From the IMG/VR virus record IMGVR_UViG_3300031953_000063, positions 1 through 37,642 of that record: a stretch of DNA of 37,642 bases, one strand, 5' to 3'. This document shows, piece after piece, positions 1 to 8,403 of this stretch (positions are counted from its first letter, which is position 1; each line of letters starts with the position of its first letter). The notes under the pieces were generated by a model that worked only from the letters and a program-made list of their open reading frames with translations, was not told where the DNA came from and did not search any database. The stretch comes from a virus. Taxonomy: Duplodnaviria; Caudoviricetes. The translations under genes and the position numbers were made by a program.

Positions 1-42
1 TTTCTTTTCTAAAAACACTTACAATTCCGTCCTACCCCCCAC

Positions 43-150
43 AAAACAAATAATACAAAAGCATAGCAGTATATTTTTGGCCGTTTTTTCAATGTTTACG
101 TAGCATAGGGCTATTTTTGGCCGATCTCTTCTAAAAATTCAAAAAGTACA
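43..150 (+). repeat. Left-end putative transposase binding sites (43-57, 136-150)
   Basis: AAAACAAATAATACA and AATTCAAAAAGTACA are inverted copies (2 and 1 mismatches) of the right-end repeats. Confidence 0.65.
61..123 (+). repeat. Imperfect direct repeat GCATAG-n-TATTTTTGGCCG (61-83, 103-123)
   Basis: Seen directly in the left-end non-coding DNA. Confidence 0.6.
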
Positions 151-360
151 AAGGTGGTGGTTTACTACTGTTTCACTACTACGTCACTAGATAGTTATAC
201 ACCGTTTTCTACTGTCCTATTAGCCGTTTGGCTTAATATTCCCTTATACGAGTATTTATATGGCTTTAAAAGGCTTTTAATTCTGTTTTAAAGGTCCATT
301 GTTTGGCTTTAGAATGTGGATAACTGGAAAATTACCTTTCCCTTAAAATTTGGCTGCTTA

Positions 361-388
361 TTCAGTTGGTTGTTCAGTTGGTTATTCA
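361..388 (+). repeat. 12-bp-period tandem repeat TTCAGTTGGTT(G/A)
   Basis: TTCAGTTGGTT at 361-371 and 373-383, with a partial third copy. Confidence 0.65.
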
Positions 389-642
389 TTTTCGTGTTAA
401 ATTTATGTCTATAACCATACATAAACTACCGCTTTAATACACATTAAGGCATAAAAACAACCGATTGAAGGGGGGTTAATACCCTAAAATACGCCCTTTT
501 TATACTTAAAAACCCAACAATAACGCCACCTACAGGAATATTACCATAAAAAACACACGCATTTTTGCTAAATATGGCTTATTATTTTTATATTCGATTT
601 CCTCAATTGATTTACTTTTTATACCAAAAATTCTCCCCACCA

Positions 643-681
643 ATCAATAAATAGTTTATATTTGATAAACAATTTATTGAT
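643..681 (+). promoter_or_regulatory. Bacteroidota -7 promoter element (TATATTTG, 657-664) inside a 17-bp inverted repeat (putative double operator)
   Basis: ATCAATAAATAGTTTAT-atttg-ATAAACAATTTATTGAT, one mismatch; matches the TAnnTTTG consensus. Confidence 0.65.
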
Positions 682-785
682 AATCAAATTTTTTCGTTAA
701 TAGTCTGTGCAAAACTTCTCATGTAGCGTTTATGTATAGCGCTGGTTTTAAAGTATCTTTATTTCAACTTTAAAATTATATACCA

Positions 786-935
786 ATGAAAAAATTTAAA
801 ACGGCTTTTATAGCCTTTGCAATGATCTGCGCATTCGCAGCTTCGTGCACACCAGAAAAAATTACAGGAGATGGACAACAAGACGACGTTGACAAAACAA
901 AAATTGAGCGACCCGGTAACCAGGGCAACGGTTAG
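786..935 (+). CDS. Small secreted lipopeptide, 49 aa (not in ORF track)
   Basis: MKKFKTAFIAFAMICAFAAS-C-TPEKITGDGQQDDVDKTKIERPGNQGNG; basic N-terminus, hydrophobic core, lipobox AASC (Cys21); preceded by an AT-rich leader and promoter. Confidence 0.8.
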   Translation: MKKFKTAFIAFAMICAFAASCTPEKITGDGQQDDVDKTKIERPGNQGNG

Positions 936-1362
936 AATATTCGCTTCGCTATTAATTATCTTATCTGCGATTATGCTATTCGCAGATAAGATTTTTTATT
1001 TCAACTTCTCTAACACCCACGGCTTTGCAGACTCGCAAACCTTTATTTGGGTACTAACACAATCACTTTCGCCATTAATTATCGTTTTAGGTGCTTTAAT
1101 GCGTCCTTACAAAATAACTTACCTGGTACCGGTGTACTATTACACCATCCAACTCTACTGGATATTCGACCCACAACTTACACTAGACGACTCACTACTG
1201 CATGTATATGCCGGTGGCGTTTGCGTTTTTGTAGCGTTGGCCAGTGTTATTATAAACAATTTCTTTAACAGATCTATACAAAATCGAGCTACCAAGATAA
1301 ACGTGCTCGAAGAAATGCTGGATCTATCAATGAATATTAAAAATAAAAGGGCAGATGAGTAA
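871..1362 (+). CDS. Four-TM inner-membrane protein, unknown function
   Basis: Four hydrophobic segments and a basic C-terminal tail; 5' end overlaps the lipopeptide gene. Confidence 0.75.
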   Translation: MDNKTTLTKQKLSDPVTRATVRIFASLLIILSAIMLFADKIFYFNFSNTHGFADSQTFIWVLTQSLSPLIIVLGALMRPYKITYLVPVYYYTIQLYWIFDPQLTLDDSLLHVYAGGVCVFVALASVIINNFFNRSIQNRATKINVLEEMLDLSMNIKNKRADE

Positions 1363-1570
1363 GTATCGTAAACTTATATTGATAGTCCGGGATGCACGCG
1401 AGCAGCTTAATGACGAATGCATAACCAAGGAAGAGGCTAATGTTATCTTAAAAAACGTTTGGAGCGAATACCAACTACTGGCAGCAGACGATAAAACCGC
1501 CTCACTTGAAGATTTAATAAAGGGATTGTTTAACCAGGAACAGAAAACAGATTTTAATTTTCTTGCTTAG
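1355..1570 (+). CDS. Small helical cytoplasmic protein
   Basis: 71-aa ORF overlapping the upstream stop by 8 nt; its 3' end overlaps the repressor 3' end. Confidence 0.6.
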   Translation: MSKYRKLILIVRDAREQLNDECITKEEANVILKNVWSEYQLLAADDKTASLEDLIKGLFNQEQKTDFNFLA

Positions 1571-2003
1571 GCAATACGGCAGATCTTTTTTTAATTTCAC
1601 TCTTCAAAGCTTCCATTTCTTCTTTTAATGAAATACGGTCCGAGACTTCTTTAATATTTTTATCCTGTGCATCTAGCCTAGGCTTTAGCAGTTTTACCAC
1701 CTCTTCAGCAAATAAACCAATCAAACCACCTTCCGTATTTTTATATGTCTGTGCAGGCTCTGCTACCTTATAAAGATTTTCTTTATACTGCAATGAAATT
1801 CCTTTAGCTTCGGGCAAATCGTGTAGAAAATAATCTAAATCTTTATCTAAAAAGCGTGCTACATCCAGTAATAAGTCAACTTTTACAGTATCACTCTTAA
1901 ACTTACTATTCAAATTTTGCGGCGTAATACCAAGCGCAGCGGCTACTTCTGCCGCTGTAATGCCAGTATCTTCAATTTTCTTCTTTAAAAAATCGCCTTT
2001 CAT
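1554..2003 (-). CDS. XRE-family HTH repressor (CI/c-like) with C-terminal coiled coil and no S24 peptidase domain
   Basis: HTH 'ITAAEVAAALGITPQNLNSKF'; divergent from Ner and the transposase. Confidence 0.85.
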   Translation of the reverse strand: MKGDFLKKKIEDTGITAAEVAAALGITPQNLNSKFKSDTVKVDLLLDVARFLDKDLDYFLHDLPEAKGISLQYKENLYKVAEPAQTYKNTEGGLIGLFAEEVVKLLKPRLDAQDKNIKEVSDRISLKEEMEALKSEIKKRSAVLPKQEN

Positions 2004-2005
2004 TA

Positions 2006-2068
2006 TAAATAATTTGTTTATTAATAAAGAATTTGTTTATATTTGTTTAATATTTCAAACCAAAACTA
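2006..2068. promoter_or_regulatory. Lysis/lysogeny switch: early promoter (+; TTTG 2013-2016, TATATTTG 2038-2045), repressor promoter (-; TAGTTTTG 2061-2068), operators 2006-2020 and 2025-2039
   Basis: TTTG-N21-TAnnTTTG consensus; near-palindromes TAAATAATTTGTTTA and TAAAGAATTTGTTTA. Confidence 0.7.
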
Positions 2069-2298
2069 TGAAAAAAGAATTGATTTTTTCTGAAATTCAG
2101 ATAAAAAAGATAAATAAAGAAGCGCTAGGCAATAAAAATGGCGTCTCTGGGGCCTATGTAGGCCAAGTGTTAAGGGGTGAAAAAGGAAAGGGCCGAACTG
2201 CTCGCGCAATTCGTGAAGACGCAAAAGCACTTTTAGGCATTCTGGGCGATCCTATTTTAGACATAGAAGTTATTGACGCAGAAATACTAACAGCATAA
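2068..2298 (+). CDS. Ner/Cro-like HTH regulator
   Basis: Likely start ATG 2068 (MKKELIF); HTH 'LGNKNGVSGAYVGQVLRG'; stop overlaps the transposase start. Confidence 0.75.
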   Translation: MKKELIFSEIQIKKINKEALGNKNGVSGAYVGQVLRGEKGKGRTARAIREDAKALLGILGDPILDIEVIDAEILTA

Positions 2299-4268
2299 TG
2301 TACGAGATCTATCAAAATACGGTATGTGTTAACGGTGGCCTCCTGTACCAAGACGACCCCCAGCCAATTATGAAAATGAGCGATTACCGCAACCTGGTTA
2401 ATCGCTACGCAAAAACCCTGCGCACAGGAGGCAATGGCCGCACCGCCTTAATAGACTTCAACAGTATTCCAGATAGATGGAAAAAAGCAATCGTTAAACA
2501 ATATGGCGATCCATTCCAAAAAGACCACACAGATTATATTACTTCCCAATTAGAGCCAGACCATAAAGCCTCAGATTATTTTGCAGCTTTTAAACTCCCC
2601 GATGGCCGTAACCTTCCCGAAAGCACCCAGCGCGAATATTTTACCAATGCGCAGATCCTTAACCTAGTTGATAAACTGGTTAGCCTGCAGCGCACCCAAC
2701 AACGTGTTTTCGGGAAAACACGGCTTACTGCCCTTTGGCAAAAATTGGCAGATGCCATTCACCTATTAGATACAGATCTGTACCCACATACCTTACCTAG
2801 CAATCCAAGATCGTTGGAGCGCAAACTAAAACAATACAAAAATAAAGGCTGTGCCGCTCTAGTTCATAAAAACTTTGGCAATGGCCACGCTGCAAAAATT
2901 GAAGGCGATGTGGCAGACTGGATACTAGCAACGTATTGCCTACCGGTTAAAATTAACATACCAGTACTACATAACCAGTATATGAAACTTCACAAAGGCA
3001 ACCAATGGCCTAGTCTTACCGAAAGTGCAATTGCAATGTGGCTAGACAAACCCGAAGTAAAACGAGTTTGGACCCTAGCACGCCACGGCAAAGATGCTTT
3101 TGTAAATCAGTTTCAGCATCACACAAAACGCGATCGCTCACGTTGGTTCCCAAATGCTTACTGGGCAGTGGATGGTACCAAACTAGATTGGGTACATATT
3201 GAAGACAACAATCTTGGTATGGCCGCAAAATTAAAGATCAACCTTATTATAGATGTGTTTTCTGAAAAGGTTCTGGGATGGTCCTATTCTGAAAGTGAAG
3301 ATCACACAGACCATTTCACATCACTTAAACACGCTTTTAAAACTTCATCTGCAAAACCTTACCTATTAACATACGATAATCAATCTGGACACAAATCCAG
3401 CCGTATGCAGGAACTTTATACTAAAGCCGTTGCCAAAGATGGTGGCACCCACCACCCGCACCGTGCATACGCAAAAAACAACCCAATAGAACAGGTATTT
3501 AACCGTCTGCAGCAGCAGTGTATAAACCAGTGGTGGTTTAACGACGGCCAAACCATTAAAGCGCGTAGTGCAGACAATCGCCCAAATATGGATTTCCTTA
3601 TGGACAATAAGGCGAAAATGCTTACCAAAGAAAAACTAGAAAAAGCGTGGGCAATTACCGTAGACCAATGGAATAACGGCATCCACCCACATTTTGAAAG
3701 CCTTACTCGTAACGATGTGTACAACCAACCCGCACCAATGTTTGAGTCTGTTAGCTTCTTAGATATGATAGACATGTTCTGGATTGCCACCCCAAAACCA
3801 ATCACTTACAAACGCGGTGGTTTACTAATGCGCCTGGCGAATAAGGAATACGAGTTTGAAGTGTACGATAACGATGGCCATATAGATAGCAATTTCCGCT
3901 CTAAATACACCGGTGCTAAGTTTACTGTAAAGTACGATCCCGAAGAAATGGACAACTACATACGCCTATACATTACCAAGCCAGACGGCAAAATGGAGTA
4001 TGTGGCAAACGCCCAACCAAAACGCGCACACGAAAGCATTCCCGCACTTATGCAACCAGGCGATAAAGCAGCGTGGTACGATGATTATGAAGTGCGTGGC
4101 GAAGAGCTGGCAACAGTAGAAAAAGATTTGCAGGCATTAAGAGCTCGCACAGGCATTACGCCAGAAAAACTAATAGAAGACCAAGACCTTCTTATTAAAA
4201 TGGGCGGCAGATTGCCCAAAGAACACCGCAACAAAGTAGAAGCAGACGATTTTTTAAGCAGATTATAA
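2298..4268 (+). CDS. Mu-like DDE transposase (MuA-like)
   Basis: 656 aa; 'WAVDGTKLD', 'IIDVFSEKVLG', 'TYDNQSGH', 'NPIEQVF' RNase H/DDE motifs. Confidence 0.92.
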   Translation: MYEIYQNTVCVNGGLLYQDDPQPIMKMSDYRNLVNRYAKTLRTGGNGRTALIDFNSIPDRWKKAIVKQYGDPFQKDHTDYITSQLEPDHKASDYFAAFKLPDGRNLPESTQREYFTNAQILNLVDKLVSLQRTQQRVFGKTRLTALWQKLADAIHLLDTDLYPHTLPSNPRSLERKLKQYKNKGCAALVHKNFGNGHAAKIEGDVADWILATYCLPVKINIPVLHNQYMKLHKGNQWPSLTESAIAMWLDKPEVKRVWTLARHGKDAFVNQFQHHTKRDRSRWFPNAYWAVDGTKLDWVHIEDNNLGMAAKLKINLIIDVFSEKVLGWSYSESEDHTDHFTSLKHAFKTSSAKPYLLTYDNQSGHKSSRMQELYTKAVAKDGGTHHPHRAYAKNNPIEQVFNRLQQQCINQWWFNDGQTIKARSADNRPNMDFLMDNKAKMLTKEKLEKAWAITVDQWNNGIHPHFESLTRNDVYNQPAPMFESVSFLDMIDMFWIATPKPITYKRGGLLMRLANKEYEFEVYDNDGHIDSNFRSKYTGAKFTVKYDPEEMDNYIRLYITKPDGKMEYVANAQPKRAHESIPALMQPGDKAAWYDDYEVRGEELATVEKDLQALRARTGITPEKLIEDQDLLIKMGGRLPKEHRNKVEADDFLSRL

Positions 4269-4288
4269 ACAACTAAAACCCGTTCAAA

Positions 4289-4495
4289 ATGAGTGCAAAC
4301 AACAACAACAGTAGCAATGGAATAGGATTCTTAGGATTACTAACAGTCTTGTTCGTAGGATTAAAACTAACCAATTTTATTGATTGGTCTTGGTGGTGGA
4401 TTCTTGCCCCTATTTGGGCGCCGATTATAATCTTTCTATTAGGCGGATTAGTCGTTTTATTAATTGCTTTAATAGCAGGAATATTCAAATTATGA
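4289..4495 (+). CDS. Small two-TM phage membrane protein
   Basis: 'LFVGLKLTNFIDWSWWWILAPIW' motif of a common phage membrane family; ATGA overlap with MuB. Confidence 0.75.
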   Translation: MSANNNNSSNGIGFLGLLTVLFVGLKLTNFIDWSWWWILAPIWAPIIIFLLGGLVVLLIALIAGIFKL

Positions 4496-5571
4496 CACTA
4501 ATAGAACACCAAAAACACACCATTGCCGAAGAGGTTGCAAGGCTTACCGCTAAAACCAGCCAAATGCGCGTAGCATACAATGCTGGCGTTAGTAATGCCA
4601 CTATTAGTAATATAGTGCGCAATAATTGGGACTATATCTCTACCGAAATGTGGCGACGTGTACAGGCAAATCTCCGCATAGATTTTGACTGGAACCACGC
4701 CGAAACTACCAATTCAAAAATACTTAATGGCCTTTGCCGTACCGCACAAAACAACCACCTGTCTATTGCCATAAGCGAAGATGCCGGACGTGGTAAAAGT
4801 CAGAGTTACACCACATACGACCGCTTAAACCCAAACGTGGTTTACATAGAGTGCAAAAACTACTGGACCAAAAAGCAATACATAACCACTTTAGTTGCAG
4901 CGGTTGGGCTAAATACCAACGGCACCACTTCCGAACTTATAGAGCGCTTTATAAAACATATGAAAGGACTACACGCGCCGCTCATTATTATAGACCAGTT
5001 CGATAAGCTTAAAGACCCGCAACTAGATCTGTTTATGGATTTCTATAACGACCTATCGCAAAACTGTGGCTTTGTTTTAAGTGGCGTTAAAGCACTAGAA
5101 AAACGCATTTTAAGTGGCGTAAACAAAAACAAAATTGGCTACAGCGAAATCTACAGCCGCATAGGTAGAAAGTTCATAAATCTGGAACCTATAAAATTGG
5201 TAGATGTACAAGCCATCTGCAATGTAAATGGCGTGCATGATGCAGACTATATACATTTCGTTTTCAACAATTGCGAGCAGGATTTACGCCGTGTGCGCCG
5301 CGATGTAGAAAAATACCACCTGCAGACGCTCCAAACCAAAGACATTGAATTTGATGTTGTAAAACCAAAAGCCACTAAGCCTAATGAATCTATTCCAACT
5401 GAAGTATTGGAAGCAGCTGCAAAAGCAAAGAACAATCCTGTAAAAAGACATACAGATAAAGATCTTGTTGATCTTACTAAGGCATTGTATCCAGAAACCA
5501 CACTTAATGATAAAAAGATTCTTGAAATAATTGAAATATTCAGTAGTAAAAAGGAAACAGTAACCGCATAA
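4492..5571 (+). CDS. Transposition AAA+ ATPase (MuB-like) with N-terminal HTH
   Basis: Start ATG 4492; HTH 'VAYNAGVSNATISNI', Walker A 'EDAGRGKS', Walker B 'LIIIDQ'. Confidence 0.88.
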   Translation: MTLIEHQKHTIAEEVARLTAKTSQMRVAYNAGVSNATISNIVRNNWDYISTEMWRRVQANLRIDFDWNHAETTNSKILNGLCRTAQNNHLSIAISEDAGRGKSQSYTTYDRLNPNVVYIECKNYWTKKQYITTLVAAVGLNTNGTTSELIERFIKHMKGLHAPLIIIDQFDKLKDPQLDLFMDFYNDLSQNCGFVLSGVKALEKRILSGVNKNKIGYSEIYSRIGRKFINLEPIKLVDVQAICNVNGVHDADYIHFVFNNCEQDLRRVRRDVEKYHLQTLQTKDIEFDVVKPKATKPNESIPTEVLEAAAKAKNNPVKRHTDKDLVDLTKALYPETTLNDKKILEIIEIFSSKKETVTA

Positions 5572-5580
5572 GCCGCCCCT

Positions 5581-6246
5581 ATGCAGAAGTTAAAACGAGC
5601 TGTATCAGTAGACCAGCTAATCAAAAAAAAGTTCATTGACATTCCCCTACCCGAAGGGCCTTTAAAAGATCTAATTGGCACACCAGAACGTTCCGGCAGT
5701 TGGTTTGTATATGGCGAGTCTGGAAACGGTAAAACCACCTTTTTAATGCAAATGGCAAAAGTACTGGCAAGCCTATCCAAAACAAAAGTAGCCTACAACA
5801 CACTAGAAGAGGGCGCACGCAAAAGTATGCAGGCAGCCGTAGAAGAAAACTTTATGTGGCACGTAAAAAATAGCTTTATGATTTTGGACCGCGAACCCAT
5901 ACCCGAGCTTCGCACGCGGCTAGCAATGCGTAAAAGTCCGAACGTAATTATTATAGATAGTATTCAATATGCCTATTTAGATAAACGAAGCTATAAAGCG
6001 CTGCTGGCAGATTTTCCTAAAAAGCTTTTCATTTTTAATGGCCACGCAAAAGGAAAACGCGCAAAACACGCAATTGGCGAAGACATAGAATTTGATGCCG
6101 ACGTAAAAATTAGAGTAGAAGGCTTTGTGGCATTTTCAGTAAGCCGAATGAGCCGGGGAATACAAACCAAACCATACATAATATGGCACGAAGGTGCCAG
6201 AAAATGTTGGGGCGACACACAAGTAGACGAATGGTTAAAAGCATAA
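5581..6246 (+). CDS. Second P-loop ATPase (RecA/KaiC-like)
   Basis: 'GESGNGKTT', 'IIIDSIQ', 'DADVKIRV'. Confidence 0.85.
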   Translation: MQKLKRAVSVDQLIKKKFIDIPLPEGPLKDLIGTPERSGSWFVYGESGNGKTTFLMQMAKVLASLSKTKVAYNTLEEGARKSMQAAVEENFMWHVKNSFMILDREPIPELRTRLAMRKSPNVIIIDSIQYAYLDKRSYKALLADFPKKLFIFNGHAKGKRAKHAIGEDIEFDADVKIRVEGFVAFSVSRMSRGIQTKPYIIWHEGARKCWGDTQVDEWLKA

Positions 6247-6248
6247 AT

Positions 6249-6626
6249 ATGGAAGCAATCCAACAATTACTAAAAATTACTAAAGACAGCTACGAGCGCA
6301 TTGTCTTTAAACAGTGGTTTCATTACTGCGAGCAGTACGCATTAAAAGATGTGCACACAGATAGGTACGGCAATACCGAAACCGAAACCAATCTGGAAGA
6401 TTTCCAAAAGCTATTGGCAAACGCTGCCCTGTTTAATTACTGGCAAGCCGCCTACCGCAACTACGAAATAATGTTTATAGCCCAGGCGAAGCCATTTTAT
6501 AATAAGGCAGCCCCGGCAGATCTAAAAAAGCTATACGAAAGCACCGTGTGGGAAGTAAAACACCACTACAGCCTTCCGCTAGTAAAGAACGCCCGTAAAC
6601 TAAACCTTAACCCAATACTTAACTAA
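6249..6626 (+). CDS. Hypothetical protein
   Basis: ATG 6249 directly after the ATPase stop; phage-like codon usage. Confidence 0.65.
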   Translation: MEAIQQLLKITKDSYERIVFKQWFHYCEQYALKDVHTDRYGNTETETNLEDFQKLLANAALFNYWQAAYRNYEIMFIAQAKPFYNKAAPADLKKLYESTVWEVKHHYSLPLVKNARKLNLNPILN

Positions 6627-6628
6627 TT

Positions 6629-6850
6629 ATGCCAGAGCCACACAACCGTTTTGACGATTTAACCGAAGTGCTAAGCTACGCAGACCGCAACCCCAGCAAA
6701 TTTACAGCAGGCGAGCGCATAATGATGCACCAAGAACGCGGCCGCCTACTAGCCGTACTAGCAAACACCACAGACACCCGCCCCCCCTATAAAGTGCCTG
6801 CAAAAATTGAAAATAAAATCCGTGAAGCTTTGGCTTGGATAAGAAGATAA
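6629..6850 (+). CDS. Hypothetical protein
   Basis: Tightly packed 73-aa ORF. Confidence 0.6.
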   Translation: MPEPHNRFDDLTEVLSYADRNPSKFTAGERIMMHQERGRLLAVLANTTDTRPPYKVPAKIENKIREALAWIRR

Positions 6851-6873
6851 TTAACCTTTTAAACAATCGAAAA

Positions 6874-7197
6874 ATGCAAGAAATAATAGAATATTCACAA
6901 GGAAACCCTGGCGCTTTAAATTTCCTATTGACAGTCTTTTCTAATCCAAAAGGAAATATCGACCAGAAAGCTGCAATTCTAATTAGGCTAAGAGCTTGCC
7001 CAACTCTTAGAGGAACAAATCTCTATGTTCTTTATTCCGATTTATGTGATAAAGACATAGAAAAAGTTGTGAAACTCTGCACTTATTGTCCAAATGATAT
7101 TTTGGAAGACGCTTGCAGCCGTCAAGATTATTCGGGCAGAGAATTAGTAGCAGTTTATTTAGAAAACCCATCAAATGTAATTTCCAAAACCACTTAA
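6874..7197 (+). CDS. Hypothetical phage protein ('SQGNPGA' motif), AT-rich
   Basis: ATG 6874 after an A-rich leader. Confidence 0.6.
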   Translation: MQEIIEYSQGNPGALNFLLTVFSNPKGNIDQKAAILIRLRACPTLRGTNLYVLYSDLCDKDIEKVVKLCTYCPNDILEDACSRQDYSGRELVAVYLENPSNVISKTT

Positions 7198-7199
7198 AT

Positions 7200-7832
7200 A
7201 TGAAAACAGAAACAATTCAACAAAAAGCAAAAGACGGCCTATGGGTCGATGAGTCCGGGGTGCAAATTCCTTACAGTCGCATAACCACTGCCGAAAGGTT
7301 AATGGAGCGCCACAGCTGGAAGATCTTAAAAGGAGCGCTAGACATTAACAAACGCCTAGCAGACTTTAAAGACCAAATACGCGAGCTGTGCCAAGAAGCC
7401 CACGACGCTTTTATGAAGGAGCAAAACATTGCCCGCGAAACAAAAGGCAATTTTAGCTGGTTCAACTTTAATCGCACCATTAAAATTGAAATCAACGTAA
7501 ACGAGCCCATCCAGTTCGACGATATGACCATTACTGCCGCCAAAGCAAAGTTTGATGAATTTCTGGACGAAAACATAACCAGCAAAAACGAATTTGTAAA
7601 AGCAATGATAATCGATGCTTTTGAAACACAGCGCAATGGCCAGCTAGACACCAAAGCAGTTATGAAAATAACCCGATACGAAAAGCGTATAGACGACGCC
7701 AAGTTTTCTGCAGCTGTAGATCTAATCAACAGCGCCATTCGCCGCCCAAAAAGTAAAAGCTACTTCCGCGTTTCCGTAAGGAATGAAGAGGGTGGCTATG
7801 ATAATGTAGATCTTAATTTTTCTTCAATATAA
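7200..7832 (+). CDS. DUF3164-like Mu-type early protein
   Basis: Start ATG 7200; 'KGNFSWFNFNRTIKIE', 'RPKSKSYFRV...YDNVDLNFS'. Confidence 0.75.
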   Translation: MKTETIQQKAKDGLWVDESGVQIPYSRITTAERLMERHSWKILKGALDINKRLADFKDQIRELCQEAHDAFMKEQNIARETKGNFSWFNFNRTIKIEINVNEPIQFDDMTITAAKAKFDEFLDENITSKNEFVKAMIIDAFETQRNGQLDTKAVMKITRYEKRIDDAKFSAAVDLINSAIRRPKSKSYFRVSVRNEEGGYDNVDLNFSSI

Positions 7833-7834
7833 TT

Positions 7835-8176
7835 ATGGAAAAGCTAGAAAAAAGTATAAAAATAGTGAACTGGATCTTGGCAATTGCATTGTTCATAACC
7901 GTAATTCTTATGCTTTGGAATCCAACATTTTATAAGGCTAAGGTTATGATTACAATTTTACTGCTAATGTTTGGAGCATTTCTAGTAAAAACAAACTTAA
8001 CCGACGACGACGACACAGACGACTACGACCAAGGCACCACCACACAACCCAAAACCTGTGGCAAGTGCGACAAAGGCGTACTAAATACAGATTTCAGCTA
8101 TCAATACGAAGAGTGTCCGTGTGTAAAACCCCAACCACCTGCCACCTTTCGCCTAAAACCTACTACCTACCTATGA
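7835..8176 (+). CDS. Two-TM protein with acidic linker and Cys-rich (CxxC...CxC) tail
   Basis: Translation. Confidence 0.6.
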   Translation: MEKLEKSIKIVNWILAIALFITVILMLWNPTFYKAKVMITILLLMFGAFLVKTNLTDDDDTDDYDQGTTTQPKTCGKCDKGVLNTDFSYQYEECPCVKPQPPATFRLKPTTYL

Positions 8177-8403
8177 AACTACAGCAAATGCTAAACGATG
8201 CCACGGCAAGTATAAACCACCACGAAATAAAGAAAAAAATGGCAGTAACAATAACAGCACCACAAGACGACCAGTTGCTAATAAACGGCAAATTGGTGTA
8301 CCAGGATAGCAACGAAAAATGGATTGCAAGCGAAGAGCTTACCACGGCAGAAAACACCGCCTTCCGTACGCACTTGCAATCTAAAAGTAGAGTAAACGGG
8401 TGA
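8173..8403 (+). CDS. Hypothetical protein
   Basis: ATGA overlap at 8173; 'INGKLVYQDSNEKW'. Confidence 0.6.
   Translation: MKLQQMLNDATASINHHEIKKKMAVTITAPQDDQLLINGKLVYQDSNEKWIASEELTTAENTAFRTHLQSKSRVNG

Noticed and set aside
118-150. TG at 118-119 as the left phage terminus
   Set aside because: Its spacing to the end repeat (33 nt) does not match the right end (29 nt), and another end repeat lies further left.
1960-2067. N-terminal extension of the Ner-like ORF (start 1960)
   Set aside because: It overlaps the repressor start and spans the promoter/operator region; ATG 2068 fits better.
4384-4491. Upstream extension of MuB given by the ORF track
   Set aside because: It overlaps the membrane micro-gene; ATGA coupling at 4492 marks the likely start.
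5247-5780. Antisense ORFs of 150-193 aa (also 7271-7738, 9163-9615, 26366-26947)
   Set aside because: They are shadows of well-supported plus-strand genes, with no motifs or independent signals.
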